Assembly: GCA_045594545.1 (NCBI GenBank)
Contig: JAZNYQ010000050.1
Span: 194 to 64,193 of the forward strand
DNA from: Eubacteriales bacterium
Lineage (GTDB): Bacteria > Bacillota > Clostridia > Oscillospirales > UMGS1783
DNA length: 64,000 nucleotides
Reading direction: 5' to 3'
In this document: positions 18,533 through 27,570 of the stretch, piece after piece
How the letters are laid out: each line of letters starts with the position of its first letter
Numbering within the stretch: the stretch's first letter is position 1
Notes under the pieces: model-generated
Told to the model about the DNA's origin: nothing
What the model saw: the letters and a program-made list of their open reading frames with translations, nothing else
Database searches by the model: none
Program-made: the position numbers and the translations under genes

Positions 18533-18820
18533 TTATTTTCCGGTGATATTCACGTAGACCTTTTCGTCGCTCTCGCCGTAGCCCAACTGGTCGCGGGCGA
18601 TGCCGGCGGCATATTCCTGAATATCGCCGCTGTTGATGACATCCTTCAACTCGGCATTCTCGTCGGTCTGCTGCTGGATCATCTGCTCATATTTTTCAAT
18701 TTCTTCTCGAGCCTGACTTTGCTTAATATGATTGGAAAGGATCCCGACAACAAAAACGACAGCAGCTAACAAAACCACGATCATTGCGATACTTTGCCAA
18801 GCCAATTTCTTAACTTTCAC
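18533..18820 (-). CDS. divIC: septum formation initiator family protein (FtsB/DivIC)
   Basis: 95 aa. One TM helix then a coiled coil (QAREEIEKYEQMIQQQTDENAELKD). GTG start. Conserved position after yabP-yabQ. Confidence 0.7.
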   Translation of the reverse strand: MKVKKLAWQSIAMIVVLLAAVVFVVGILSNHIKQSQAREEIEKYEQMIQQQTDENAELKDVINSGDIQEYAAGIARDQLGYGESDEKVYVNITGK

Positions 18821-19328
18821 GCCGATTCATCCTTTCTTTTTGCACATAAGCATACTTCGACTCTTCTATTATAGTATGTTTTTTGCGAAAATGGAAGAGT
18901 TTTTTCACATTTTTTGCCTCTTTTTTTTGCTTTTCTTGCCGTTTTTGAGCCAGTTTTTGCTTAAATTTTGCGAAAATTTTGCGCAGCGGCGCCGATAATA
19001 CCGCAAAAAATCGCCGGATCTTATCGGACACCCTGCGCCACAGCCGGTAACTAATACGCCCGAAAGTCATGTACCATAATGCGGCACCGGCCACCGCACT
19101 GACAAAAATATAGAGGCGGATGACGCCCGAATGAAAGGTGAAGATGAACATGCCGGTCAGCCACGCCGTAATAAAAAAGAAGATCAGATCCTCAACAAAA
19201 ACGGCGACCGCCGACGGACGGAAGATCAGGCGCAGCACCCGAAAAACATCGTACAAGATGCCTACGCCCACCCCGAACAAGGCGGCATATCCGACAACGG
19301 CAAGTTCCTCGGTTAAGACCAGTTCCAT
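18810..19328 (-). CDS. yabQ: spore cortex biosynthesis protein YabQ
   Basis: 172 aa, multi-TM. GVGVGILYDVFRVLR motif. Located immediately after yabP. Confidence 0.7.
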   Translation of the reverse strand: MELVLTEELAVVGYAALFGVGVGILYDVFRVLRLIFRPSAVAVFVEDLIFFFITAWLTGMFIFTFHSGVIRLYIFVSAVAGAALWYMTFGRISYRLWRRVSDKIRRFFAVLSAPLRKIFAKFKQKLAQKRQEKQKKEAKNVKKLFHFRKKHTIIEESKYAYVQKERMNRRES

Positions 19329-19331
19329 CGG

Positions 19332-19616
19332 TTACCGAAACACCTTGGAGAAAAAGCCGCCGCTCTTTTTACCTAAATCATCCGTATAGGACAAGGAATA
19401 GATGTTGCCTTCCAGCGCCAGCTCGCCCGTTTCGATGGAAAATTTATTGATGTGCAGTTGCTCTCCCCGAATGGTCAAGACCCCCATGCCGGTAAAGATA
19501 CTCACGGCATTCTCATCGAAACTGTCGACATCTTCCACTCCCGATGCGGTAAGGGCGGTTCGTCCTTCCAGAATAATGTTATGTAATTTTGCGGATCGGT
19601 TTTGCTCGTCATTCAT
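19332..19616 (-). CDS. yabP: sporulation protein YabP
   Basis: 94 aa. LILEGRTALTASGVEDVDSFDE...LTIRGEQLHINKFSIETGEL is the YabP signature. Confidence 0.85.
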   Translation of the reverse strand: MNDEQNRSAKLHNIILEGRTALTASGVEDVDSFDENAVSIFTGMGVLTIRGEQLHINKFSIETGELALEGNIYSLSYTDDLGKKSGGFFSKVFR

Positions 19617-19719
19617 CGTTTCCGCCTCCTTTCAATTTATAATATTCTTCAGAAAGGGGCTTTATGTCAGGAACTTTTTGTGATATACTGTCATAAAGAT
19701 TACTTTTACGGAGCCTTAT

Positions 19720-20676
19720 ATGAGTATAACGGTAGGCGAATGCGCCGAAAATCGCGCAGGCGAAGCCCTGACCTTACTGCGGCGCTCTTTCCAAAAACAG
19801 GAAGCCCCCCTGCAGTCCCGCGCGGGTCGGGGCGCCATGTTGCGCCATCTGTCGCAGGACAAGGCGTGGCACAAGAAAATTGAACAGGGACAGGTACGCC
19901 TGTTCGGCATTTTTGACGATGAACGGCTGATCGGCTGTTGTTTGATGGAGCGGGCGCACATCCTGCATTTCTGCTTAGAGAACCGCTATCGGCGCGGCGA
20001 TGCCGCCCCTCTGCTTTTCGACTATCTGCGCACCGTTTCTCCCGATCTGACGGCGGATGCCGCTCTTTATGACCGTGAACTCTTCCATGCTTGCGGTTTC
20101 GAGGGAGACACCGTTTGCGACAGGGACGGGCGCAAGACGGTGCTCATGCAATCAATCGGTCACGAGATCACCCATGAGATCTGGGATCTGCGGGATGAGC
20201 TGGGCGAGCCGACGGGACGGTACGCCAGCCGCGACCAGTACCGCTCCCTGCGGTCGGGCGACTATATGTTGGCGGTACACGTCTTCCTCTACACCCCTAA
20301 CGGAAAATTCTTAGTGCAGAAGCGATCCTTGGAGAAGGATGTACTCCCCGGGATCTGGGACATCACGGGCGGAGCGGCCAAAGCGGGCGAGGACGGACGG
20401 CAAGCCGCACTGCGGGAAACGGAAGAAGAGATCGGCATTACCCTGTCCCCCGAACAACTGCATCTGGCGGCGCGACTTAAGCGCAAGCGCAGTTTCGTGG
20501 AACTCTGGTTTGCCCAAACGGACGTGCGGTTACAAGAATGTATTCTGCAGGTCGGCGAGGTCGATGAGGTCAAACTCATCAGCAAAAAAGAGATGGTCCA
20601 TCTGATTACCCACGCCAAGCACAGAGATGCCGTTTACAAGGCAACGGCGATTCATGCCATCAATAAGATAAAATAA
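19720..20676 (+). CDS. NUDIX hydrolase with an N-terminal GNAT-like extension
   Basis: 318 aa. Nudix box GGAAKAGEDGRQAALRETEEEIGI in the C-terminal half. The N-terminal ~150 aa resembles a weak acetyltransferase fold. Confidence 0.7.
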   Translation: MSITVGECAENRAGEALTLLRRSFQKQEAPLQSRAGRGAMLRHLSQDKAWHKKIEQGQVRLFGIFDDERLIGCCLMERAHILHFCLENRYRRGDAAPLLFDYLRTVSPDLTADAALYDRELFHACGFEGDTVCDRDGRKTVLMQSIGHEITHEIWDLRDELGEPTGRYASRDQYRSLRSGDYMLAVHVFLYTPNGKFLVQKRSLEKDVLPGIWDITGGAAKAGEDGRQAALRETEEEIGITLSPEQLHLAARLKRKRSFVELWFAQTDVRLQECILQVGEVDEVKLISKKEMVHLITHAKHRDAVYKATAIHAINKIK

Positions 20677-20694
20677 GGAGCCCCGCGGGGCTCC

Positions 20695-21771
20695 TTATTT
20701 TTGCATATCGGATTTTAAGGCATTGAGGAACTTATGCATATCCAGCAATTCTTTTCGGGAATTGACACCCAGTTTCCCGTAAAGATTACGGTTGTGATAT
20801 TTGAGAGTGTTTTCGGTAATGCCGAGCATATTCAATACTTCTTTGGTAGTGGCACGCGCCATGTAAGCATCGTAGACGGTGCGTTCGGTTGGTGTTAGCC
20901 GCTCCAGCCCCTGCAAATACAATTCCACCTGTTCGGGCGACAGGACAGGCGGTTCCCCTACGTATTCCGCCGCAGAATCGACATACCCGCGAACGGGATC
21001 GACCCGTTTTACCAACTCTCGAAGACGTTGATTTTCGTTCATAACCAGATGGACGCCGAGCAAGAACAGTTCACTGATAATATAGGAAACCGAAAGCAAT
21101 TCATAATCAATCCGAGCCATCTGCTCTACAAACCATACCCCGATATTGACCAGCACAGCAGCAGCCAAAATGATAGCATGGAGGGTAGAATCGATGGTCT
21201 TTTTCACCTGTGCACGGATAATGACGGCAACCATGGCCGTAAAATAGCCGAGCAAATAAACGAGATATATCGGATGCAAGGGCCCGTAAACCTTATTTAA
21301 TACAGATACTCCATCGACAACGGAAAAGGATACCTCTTTATAATAGATATCCAGAATACCCGGACTGGCGGCGATAAGAAACATAAGAAGGGCCAACCCG
21401 ATTAACAACCAGGGCAGAGATTTCTTATAGAGGGTATTGGTGACTTTAAGCAAAATTACAAGCATAGCCATAGGCAAAAATACCGAGCCGAGATAGGCGA
21501 TACGGTTGGCCATAAGTGCCGTTTCCAGACTTGTAGAAACCGAAAGCCATGCATATCCGATATTGACGATCAATACCGAAGAAAAGAGCAAAAGGAACCA
21601 CGGTTTTCTCTTCTTTACCAAAAAGCAGCCGCCGATCAAAAGGAGCAGGGCGAGAGCGGCAGTGACCATGTAGATCACCGACAGCGTTGCCGTTTTCTGG
21701 CCGTAGCCCTGACAGGAAGAAAGAGGAAGCAGGCAAAGTAAGGCCGCAACGGACACAAGATATTTCTTCAC
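20695..21771 (-). CDS. membrane-embedded LuxR-family transcriptional regulator
   Basis: ORF 20695..22212, trimmed to GTG 21771 (AGGAGG 7 nt upstream). N-terminal LPLSSC lipobox-like signal, about 7 further TM helices, and a C-terminal LuxR HTH (TPTERTVYDAYMARATTKEVLNMLGITENTLKYHNRNLYGKLGV). Confidence 0.75.
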   Translation of the reverse strand: MKKYLVSVAALLCLLPLSSCQGYGQKTATLSVIYMVTAALALLLLIGGCFLVKKRKPWFLLLFSSVLIVNIGYAWLSVSTSLETALMANRIAYLGSVFLPMAMLVILLKVTNTLYKKSLPWLLIGLALLMFLIAASPGILDIYYKEVSFSVVDGVSVLNKVYGPLHPIYLVYLLGYFTAMVAVIIRAQVKKTIDSTLHAIILAAAVLVNIGVWFVEQMARIDYELLSVSYIISELFLLGVHLVMNENQRLRELVKRVDPVRGYVDSAAEYVGEPPVLSPEQVELYLQGLERLTPTERTVYDAYMARATTKEVLNMLGITENTLKYHNRNLYGKLGVNSRKELLDMHKFLNALKSDMQK

Positions 21772-21904
21772 GCACTCTCCTCCTTTTTTAAAAAATACCG
21801 AAACCCACACTTTTCGGGTGGGGACAACGGGATGTTTCTTCGGTATAATGAGTATACCACAGAATACCGAGTGGGTCAAGAAAAGCAAAAGGAGATAATG
21901 AAAC

Positions 21905-23443
21905 ATGAAAAAAATTCTATCTTTGGCTCTGGTTTCGATTATGCTGTTGTGCTTAATTCCAAGCGCCGCTGTTTTGGCGGCATCCGTTACTATCGTTGAT
22001 GCGGTGAATATCGAGCTTCCCGTAGCCGGAGAGAAGCCTGATTTCTCGGCGGAACTCCCCAACTGGTCAAACGCGCACAAAATCACCGGTGTCGAGTGGA
22101 TTGAATATGATGAAGGCTGGGAATGGGAAAAGGATATGTCCGCGAATGACACCTTCAAGGAAGGATATTGGTATGTTGTATATGTGCACTTTGAAACAAC
22201 ATCCGGAAACATTTTTTCCGAAACAATTAATCCTTACATAAATCAAGAAACGGCTCAAATATCGGGTCCCGCTGTTCAAGCAAACCGGACTAAAGTTTCT
22301 ATTTATAAAGCGTATCAGGCCACTAAGGCACCAACTGCCATAAGCCATATTGACCTTAATGTTGTAAAACCCGTTGTAGGCAAAACGCCTACCTTTGCAA
22401 AGGTTGATACAACGCAGTATTTTAGTGAAAAGTACGGCACAGTTTCAAACTGCTCAAACGGTGTTACCTGGACAAATCAGAGTAATAACATAAACATCAC
22501 GGTAAGTAATCCTTTCAAAGAAGGCTCTAAATACACGGTAACTTATTACCTCTCTGCTAAGGATGGCTATACATTCACCACCTCTACGCAGTGCACCATT
22601 AACGGTGCTGCTGCCACCATTGAGCTAACGGATCATTATCACGCTAAGGTATCTCTTAAGAACATAATCCCAGATGATGGCAAAAAGGAAATTGCAAGTA
22701 TTAACCTTTCGGTTACGGCACCTAAAGATGGTGAAAAACCATCCTATACCAAAATTGACAGTACCGGCTATGTAAGCGACAACGGATCAAACGGCACTTC
22801 TACTAAAATCTACAAAAACGGCATAGCCTGGTTTAAATCGACGACCTCCTACATCAGCCCCGGCACGACCGAGACCTTTACGGGCAATACGAACTATACT
22901 CTAAAGATTTTCCTGTCGCCCAAGGACGGATATAAATTCGGCGGAGCACTCACGGCGAAGATCAACGGCAGGACGGCGACGGTTGAGCATTTTGATGACG
23001 GCAGTGTATCTGTTTCGGTAACACTGACGGCACTTTCCAAAGATCACGCGCATACCGATTCAGGATGGTTGACCTCGGCGAACGCGCACTGGAAAACCTG
23101 TACCGATGCATCCTGCGGCATGATTACAGTTGCTAAGGCATCTCACGCCGATGCCAATCAGGACAGAATTTGCGATATTTGCGGGTACAAAGCCACGGCG
23201 GAGGCCGAGCCAATGCCTGAGACCTCGACAGCAATCGAAGACGAGGTGTTGGATGATGAGGATTCGGAAGCCATCGGTACACGGCCGGAGGATCACGACG
23301 GACAGCCCAAGGACGAAGGATCCAACTATTGGATCTGGATTATTCTCGGCTCAGCGATACTGCTGGGCGGTGGCGCGGCGGTTGTTGTGATTCTTCTGGT
23401 AAAAAGCAGAAAAAGCACTGCGAAAGAAGAACCTAACGAATAA
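21905..23443 (+). CDS. type I membrane-anchored surface protein with three tandem ~110-aa repeats
   Basis: 512 aa. Signal peptide (AAVLAAS), three repeats, a His/Cys-rich module, an acidic linker, a C-terminal TM (WIWIILGSAILLGGGAAVVVILLV) and a basic tail. Confidence 0.7.
   Translation: MKKILSLALVSIMLLCLIPSAAVLAASVTIVDAVNIELPVAGEKPDFSAELPNWSNAHKITGVEWIEYDEGWEWEKDMSANDTFKEGYWYVVYVHFETTSGNIFSETINPYINQETAQISGPAVQANRTKVSIYKAYQATKAPTAISHIDLNVVKPVVGKTPTFAKVDTTQYFSEKYGTVSNCSNGVTWTNQSNNINITVSNPFKEGSKYTVTYYLSAKDGYTFTTSTQCTINGAAATIELTDHYHAKVSLKNIIPDDGKKEIASINLSVTAPKDGEKPSYTKIDSTGYVSDNGSNGTSTKIYKNGIAWFKSTTSYISPGTTETFTGNTNYTLKIFLSPKDGYKFGGALTAKINGRTATVEHFDDGSVSVSVTLTALSKDHAHTDSGWLTSANAHWKTCTDASCGMITVAKASHADANQDRICDICGYKATAEAEPMPETSTAIEDEVLDDEDSEAIGTRPEDHDGQPKDEGSNYWIWIILGSAILLGGGAAVVVILLVKSRKSTAKEEPNE
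21992..23035 (+). repeat. three tandem coding repeats (~330 nt each) inside the surface protein gene
   Basis: Each repeat begins I..(I/V)(D/N)L.V..P..G(E)KP and contains F(K/T)EG..Y.. and S.KDGY.F. Protein residues approx 30-143, 146-256 and 263-377. Confidence 0.65.
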
Positions 23444-23449
23444 TAGACG

Positions 23450-23476
23450 GGTGGCGCGGAAATAATCCGCGCCACC
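23450..23476. terminator. bidirectional stem-loop between convergent genes
   Basis: ggtggcgcgga / tccgcgccacc stem with a 5-nt loop. Confidence 0.6.
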
Positions 23477-23484
23477 TCTTTCTA

Positions 23485-24336
23485 TTACACGGTGCCGGTG
23501 ACGGTGACGACGGTGACGCCGGGGGTTATGATGACGGTGCCGGTAGCGGCATCCTGCACATAGGTGGCGGCATCCACGGTGATGACACCGGGCTGGGTAG
23601 CAAACTCACCCGTAGCCTCGTTATAGGTGTAGCCTGTATTTTCGGCGATAGGCGCGCCGTTTACCGTGACGGTCAGGTCGCTCAAAACGGGATCAAAGGT
23701 GTCGGTGATGATCACATTATCAGTGGCCGCGGCGGGGGTATTGCCCTGATTCTGAACGATAAAGGTGTAGGTGATCTGTCCGTTTTCGGCCACGACCGTG
23801 GGCGATACCGATTTGCTGATGGACAGCAGCGGGGCGCCGTTGGGGGTGACCGTTTCGGTTGCGGTAACCGCCGTGATCCCGCCGCCCGACAAGACGGCCT
23901 CGTTCACGATACTGTCCTGCTCACCTAAGGGGGCAAAGCCGTTGACATCGGCCTCATACACCAAGGTGACATTGCCGCCGGCGGGCACGGTGATGCCCGA
24001 AACTGTCAAGGGCGGACCTGCCGTTACGGCGGGGGCAGGCTGGGGTGTGCCGTTTATAAAATAGCGCACCGAGCCATCCACATAGGTCAGCGGGGTGAGT
24101 GTTTCGGTGCCGAAGATATAGGCGCCGAGGTTATCGGTCAGCACCAGACCGTTATAGGGTGTTGTCCCGCTATTGACCACGCTGATGACATAGGTGACGT
24201 TGCCGCCGGCGCGATAGTTGGCCGACACAGCCGTCTTGGTCATAGACAGAACTTCCAGAATTTCGCCGCTTGTAATATTCGAATTGACGACGTTGCCGTT
24301 GTAGGACAAGGTCGCCTGATTAAAAAATGTTGCCAT
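23485..24336 (-). CDS. DUF11 / conserved-repeat-domain protein without a signal peptide
   Basis: ORF 23485..24390, trimmed to ATG 24336 (GGAGG 7 nt upstream). Two beta-sandwich repeats (GGNVTYVISVVNSGTTP and NGQITYTFIVQNQGNTPA). Starts MATFFNQATLSYNG. Confidence 0.7.
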   Translation of the reverse strand: MATFFNQATLSYNGNVVNSNITSGEILEVLSMTKTAVSANYRAGGNVTYVISVVNSGTTPYNGLVLTDNLGAYIFGTETLTPLTYVDGSVRYFINGTPQPAPAVTAGPPLTVSGITVPAGGNVTLVYEADVNGFAPLGEQDSIVNEAVLSGGGITAVTATETVTPNGAPLLSISKSVSPTVVAENGQITYTFIVQNQGNTPAAATDNVIITDTFDPVLSDLTVTVNGAPIAENTGYTYNEATGEFATQPGVITVDAATYVQDAATGTVIITPGVTVVTVTGTV

Positions 24337-24393
24337 ATTCATACCTCCATTCGCTATATTATATGAGAAAATAAAAAAATCGTGAGTCAATAC

Positions 24394-24422
24394 TTGACAA
24401 GGGGTCGATGTTTTGCTATACT
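24394..24422 (+). promoter_or_regulatory. sigma-A promoter of tRNA-Lys
   Basis: TTGACA (24394-24399), 17-nt spacer, TATACT (24417-24422), 14 nt before the tRNA 5' end. Confidence 0.7.
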
Positions 24423-24436
24423 ATTTAGGCGCAAAT

Positions 24437-24512
24437 GACTCACTAGCTCAGGTGGTAGAGCATTTGACTTTTAATCAAAGGGTCCGGGGTTCGAGTCCCC
24501 GGTGAGTCACCA
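24437..24512 (+). tRNA. tRNA-Lys (anticodon UUU), CCA encoded
   Basis: Cloverleaf read by hand: acceptor GACTCAC/GTGAGTC, anticodon loop CTTTTAA, T-arm CGGGG-TTCGAGT-CCCCG, then ACCA. Confidence 0.9.
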
Positions 24513-24515
24513 AAA

Positions 24516-24548
24516 ATCGGCGAGCGTTTGTAACGCTTGCCGATTTTT
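24516..24548 (+). terminator. terminator after tRNA-Lys
   Basis: atcggcgagcg / cgcttgccgat stem (one G-U pair), followed by T5. Confidence 0.7.
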
Positions 24549-24568
24549 ACTTATTAACGGAGGAAAAG

Positions 24569-26932
24569 ATGAAGGAACGCTTTCTTGCCCTAAAAAAACA
24601 GATACTCAATCGCGAATACGGATTTCTCAATCCCGAACAGCGCCGTGCCGTTTTTGCGCCCGACGGCCCCCTCTTAATTTTGGCCGGGGCGGGTTCGGGC
24701 AAGACGACGGTGATCGTATCCCGTATCGAATATCTCATCCGCTACGGCAACACCTATCATGCCGATCATGTTCCGTCCGATCTGACGATGGAAGATCTGA
24801 CGGCCATGGCACGGTATGCGGCGGCGCCCGACCCGACCTTGACGGCACGGGTGACCGAACTGATCCGCTTTGCCCCCATTGCGCCTTGGAAAATTCTGGC
24901 CATTACCTTTACCAACAAGGCGGCGGCTGAACTCAAGACCCGTTTGGAGCAAAAACTCGGCAGTGCGGGGCTGGATATCTGGGCGGCGACCTTTCACAGC
25001 GCGTGTGTACGGATTTTGCGACAGGAGATCGAGAAATTAGGGTATGACCGTTCCTTTACTATTTATGACACCACCGATTCGCGGCGGGTGATCAAGGACT
25101 GCATTTCCCGACACGGTTTGGACGAAAAGTTATATGCGCCAAAAAATGTGCTATCCATCATCAGCAACGCCAAGAATTCATGCGTAACACCCGATGAGAT
25201 GCGCAAGCAATACGAAATGGTGCCGCGCATGAAGCAGATCGCCGGCCTTTACGAATCCTATTGTTTGGCGCTTAAAAAAGCCAATGCTTTGGATTTTGAT
25301 GATATTATCCTATTGACGGTGCGGATCTTGCAGGACTTCCCCGAAACGCGACAGATGTGGATGAATCGGTTTGACCACGTACTGGTGGACGAGTATCAGG
25401 ACACCAACCCGTTACAGTACAAACTCGTTTCCTTGCTTCGCAAGAAGGACGGCAATCTGTGCGTAGTGGGCGATGATGATCAGAGCATCTATCGATTCCG
25501 CGGAGCGACCATTGAGAACATTTTGATGTTTGAGGAGCGGTTCGATAACGCTACCGTGATTAAATTGGAGCGCAATTACCGCTCGACCCAGACCATTCTG
25601 GATGCGGCCAACCACGTGATTACCAACAACGTGGGGCGCAAAAGCAAGTCTTTATGGACCGAGAACGGCAAGGGGCAGACCATTTCGGTATGCTGTGCCT
25701 ACGATGAAGGACACGAGGCCGACACCATTGCGGCGGCCATTGAGAGATTACACAATGGGCAAGGCGTACCTTACAACGAGTGCGCCGTTCTGTACCGCAC
25801 CAATGCGCAGAGCCGTGCCGTTGAAGGGGCGATGCGCTCCCATCGGATTCCGGCGCGCGTGATCGGCGGGCAGAGCTTTTTTGACCGCAAAGAGGTCAAG
25901 GATATCATGTCCTATCTATGCCTGATCGTAAACCCGACCGATGATCTGCGGTTGCGGCGCATCATCAATGAACCAAAGCGTGCCATTGGTGACACAACAG
26001 TAGCGGCGATAGCGGCGGTGGCCGAATCGGAAAACCTTTCGATGCTGGATGTATGCCGTCGGGCCGATGAATTCCCCACCCTGTCCCGTGCGAGGGAAAA
26101 GTTGAAGGCCTTTGCGGCAATGATGGATGATCTGATCGCCTACAATAAGTGCAATCCGCTGAACACCCTGATCGATGAGGTATTGGAGCGGACAGGGTAT
26201 GCCGAGGCGCTCAAGAGCGACGAGAGTTATGACGATCGCATAGAAAACATTGCCGAACTCAACTCAGCCATTGTGCGATACATGCAAGGCGAGGAATACC
26301 CGACCTTGTTTGGATTTTTAGAGCGCACTTCCCTGCTTAGTGATGCTGACGATTACGAGCAGGCGGATGAGAGCGTGGCCTTGATGACGATGCACACGGC
26401 CAAGGGATTGGAATTTAATCATGTCTTTTTGCCCGGTATGGAAGAAGGGCTATTCCCCTCCTCGATGTCCTTAAACGAAGAGGGCGGGATCGAGGAAGAG
26501 CGGCGGTTATGTTATGTAGGCATTACTCGCGCCAAGAAGACCCTGACCCTGCTTTATACGCGGATGCGTATGCTATACGGCACGACGATGTATCCGCAGA
26601 TGTCGCGCTTTATTGATGAGATTCCGCAGGAGTTATACGTCAAGAGCGGAGCGCCTGAGGGTGAACGGCAGGCCGAGCAGCGGGCACGGAACCTAAGCCC
26701 GCAGAATACGCCCGCCTTTACGCTTCGGCAGGCCGCCAATGCCAGACCGACGGCCAAGCCCAGCGCACCTATGGTGCAGTATGTGGTTGGAGAGCAGGTG
26801 AAGCACCGTGTATTCGGTGTGGGTACCATTCTTTCGGTTAAGCCGATGGCCAACGATTGCATGCTGGAAATTCAGTTTGGGACTCAGACAAAAAAAATCA
26901 TGGCAAATTACGCAAACTTGCAAAAAATATAA
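24569..26932 (+). CDS. pcrA: ATP-dependent DNA helicase PcrA/UvrD family
   Basis: 787 aa. Walker A AGAGSGKTT, VDEYQDTN motif II, and other SF1 helicase motifs. Confidence 0.93.
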   Translation: MKERFLALKKQILNREYGFLNPEQRRAVFAPDGPLLILAGAGSGKTTVIVSRIEYLIRYGNTYHADHVPSDLTMEDLTAMARYAAAPDPTLTARVTELIRFAPIAPWKILAITFTNKAAAELKTRLEQKLGSAGLDIWAATFHSACVRILRQEIEKLGYDRSFTIYDTTDSRRVIKDCISRHGLDEKLYAPKNVLSIISNAKNSCVTPDEMRKQYEMVPRMKQIAGLYESYCLALKKANALDFDDIILLTVRILQDFPETRQMWMNRFDHVLVDEYQDTNPLQYKLVSLLRKKDGNLCVVGDDDQSIYRFRGATIENILMFEERFDNATVIKLERNYRSTQTILDAANHVITNNVGRKSKSLWTENGKGQTISVCCAYDEGHEADTIAAAIERLHNGQGVPYNECAVLYRTNAQSRAVEGAMRSHRIPARVIGGQSFFDRKEVKDIMSYLCLIVNPTDDLRLRRIINEPKRAIGDTTVAAIAAVAESENLSMLDVCRRADEFPTLSRAREKLKAFAAMMDDLIAYNKCNPLNTLIDEVLERTGYAEALKSDESYDDRIENIAELNSAIVRYMQGEEYPTLFGFLERTSLLSDADDYEQADESVALMTMHTAKGLEFNHVFLPGMEEGLFPSSMSLNEEGGIEEERRLCYVGITRAKKTLTLLYTRMRMLYGTTMYPQMSRFIDEIPQELYVKSGAPEGERQAEQRARNLSPQNTPAFTLRQAANARPTAKPSAPMVQYVVGEQVKHRVFGVGTILSVKPMANDCMLEIQFGTQTKKIMANYANLQKI

Positions 26933-26941
26933 AAAAAAGAC

Positions 26942-26970
26942 TTGCACAATTGAGAATAATGCCTTATAAT
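26942..26970 (+). promoter_or_regulatory. sigma-A promoter of tRNA-Leu
   Basis: TTGCAC (26942-26947), 17-nt spacer, TATAAT (26965-26970). Confidence 0.7.
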
Positions 26971-26985
26971 AGTAAGGTATTATCC

Positions 26986-27072
26986 GCCGGTGTGATGGAA
27001 TTGGTAGACGTGACGGACTCAAAATCCGTTGGTGGTGACATCGTGTGGGTTCGACTCCCACCACCGGCACCA
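26986..27072 (+). tRNA. tRNA-Leu (anticodon CAA), long variable arm, CCA encoded
   Basis: Acceptor GCCGGTG/CACCGGC, anticodon loop CTCAAAA, variable arm GTTGGTGGTGACATC, T-arm GTGGG-TTCGACT-CCCAC. Confidence 0.9.
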
Positions 27073-27073
27073 G

Positions 27074-27104
27074 AAAGGCACTTGCGAAAGCAAGTGCCTT
27101 TCTT
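27074..27104 (+). terminator. terminator after tRNA-Leu
   Basis: aaaggcacttgc / gcaagtgccttt stem with a GAAA loop, followed by a T-rich tail. Confidence 0.7.
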
Positions 27105-27131
27105 ACATTAAAAACATGGGAGAGCACGATC

Positions 27132-27569
27132 ATGATTTTTGACAGTTTAAAAAATATTGATTCCTATAAGGGACTTTCCATTTACCCTGCTCTGCAGTTT
27201 TTTGCTTCGCAGGATTTTTCGTCCGTAGCGGCGGGACGGTATGCGTTGGACGGCGAAGATTATTACGTTGTTAACGAGTATACGACCTCGGCCAAGACCC
27301 GCAGTGAGGCGCACAAGGACTACATTGATATTCAGATCCTGCTTGAGGGTGAGGAATGCATCGGGGTAGCGCCGCTGACCGAGGACATGGTTGTCGCTGA
27401 TGCCAAAGAAGACAGTGATTGCTGGTTTTATGACTGCGACGTGGATCGCGTAGCCATGAAACCCGGTTATTTTATGGTATTGTATCCGCAGGATGTGCAT
27501 CTGCCCGGTGATATGCGGAAGGAACCCGCAGCCTGCCGGAAGATCGTAGGCAAGATCAAGGTACGGTAA
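27132..27569 (+). CDS. YhcH/YjgK/YiaL family protein (DUF386)
   Basis: ORF 27045..27569, trimmed to ATG 27132. MIFDSLKNIDSYKGL...HKDYIDIQILLEGEE is the family signature. Confidence 0.8.
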   Translation: MIFDSLKNIDSYKGLSIYPALQFFASQDFSSVAAGRYALDGEDYYVVNEYTTSAKTRSEAHKDYIDIQILLEGEECIGVAPLTEDMVVADAKEDSDCWFYDCDVDRVAMKPGYFMVLYPQDVHLPGDMRKEPAACRKIVGKIKVR

Positions 27570-27570
27570 G

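Noticed and set aside
21772-22212. The 147-codon N-terminal extension of ORF 20695..22212(-).
   Set aside because: The extension runs antisense through the start of the surface-protein gene. A GTG at 21771 with an AGGAGG RBS opens directly onto a signal-peptide-like sequence. The extension itself has no recognisable features.
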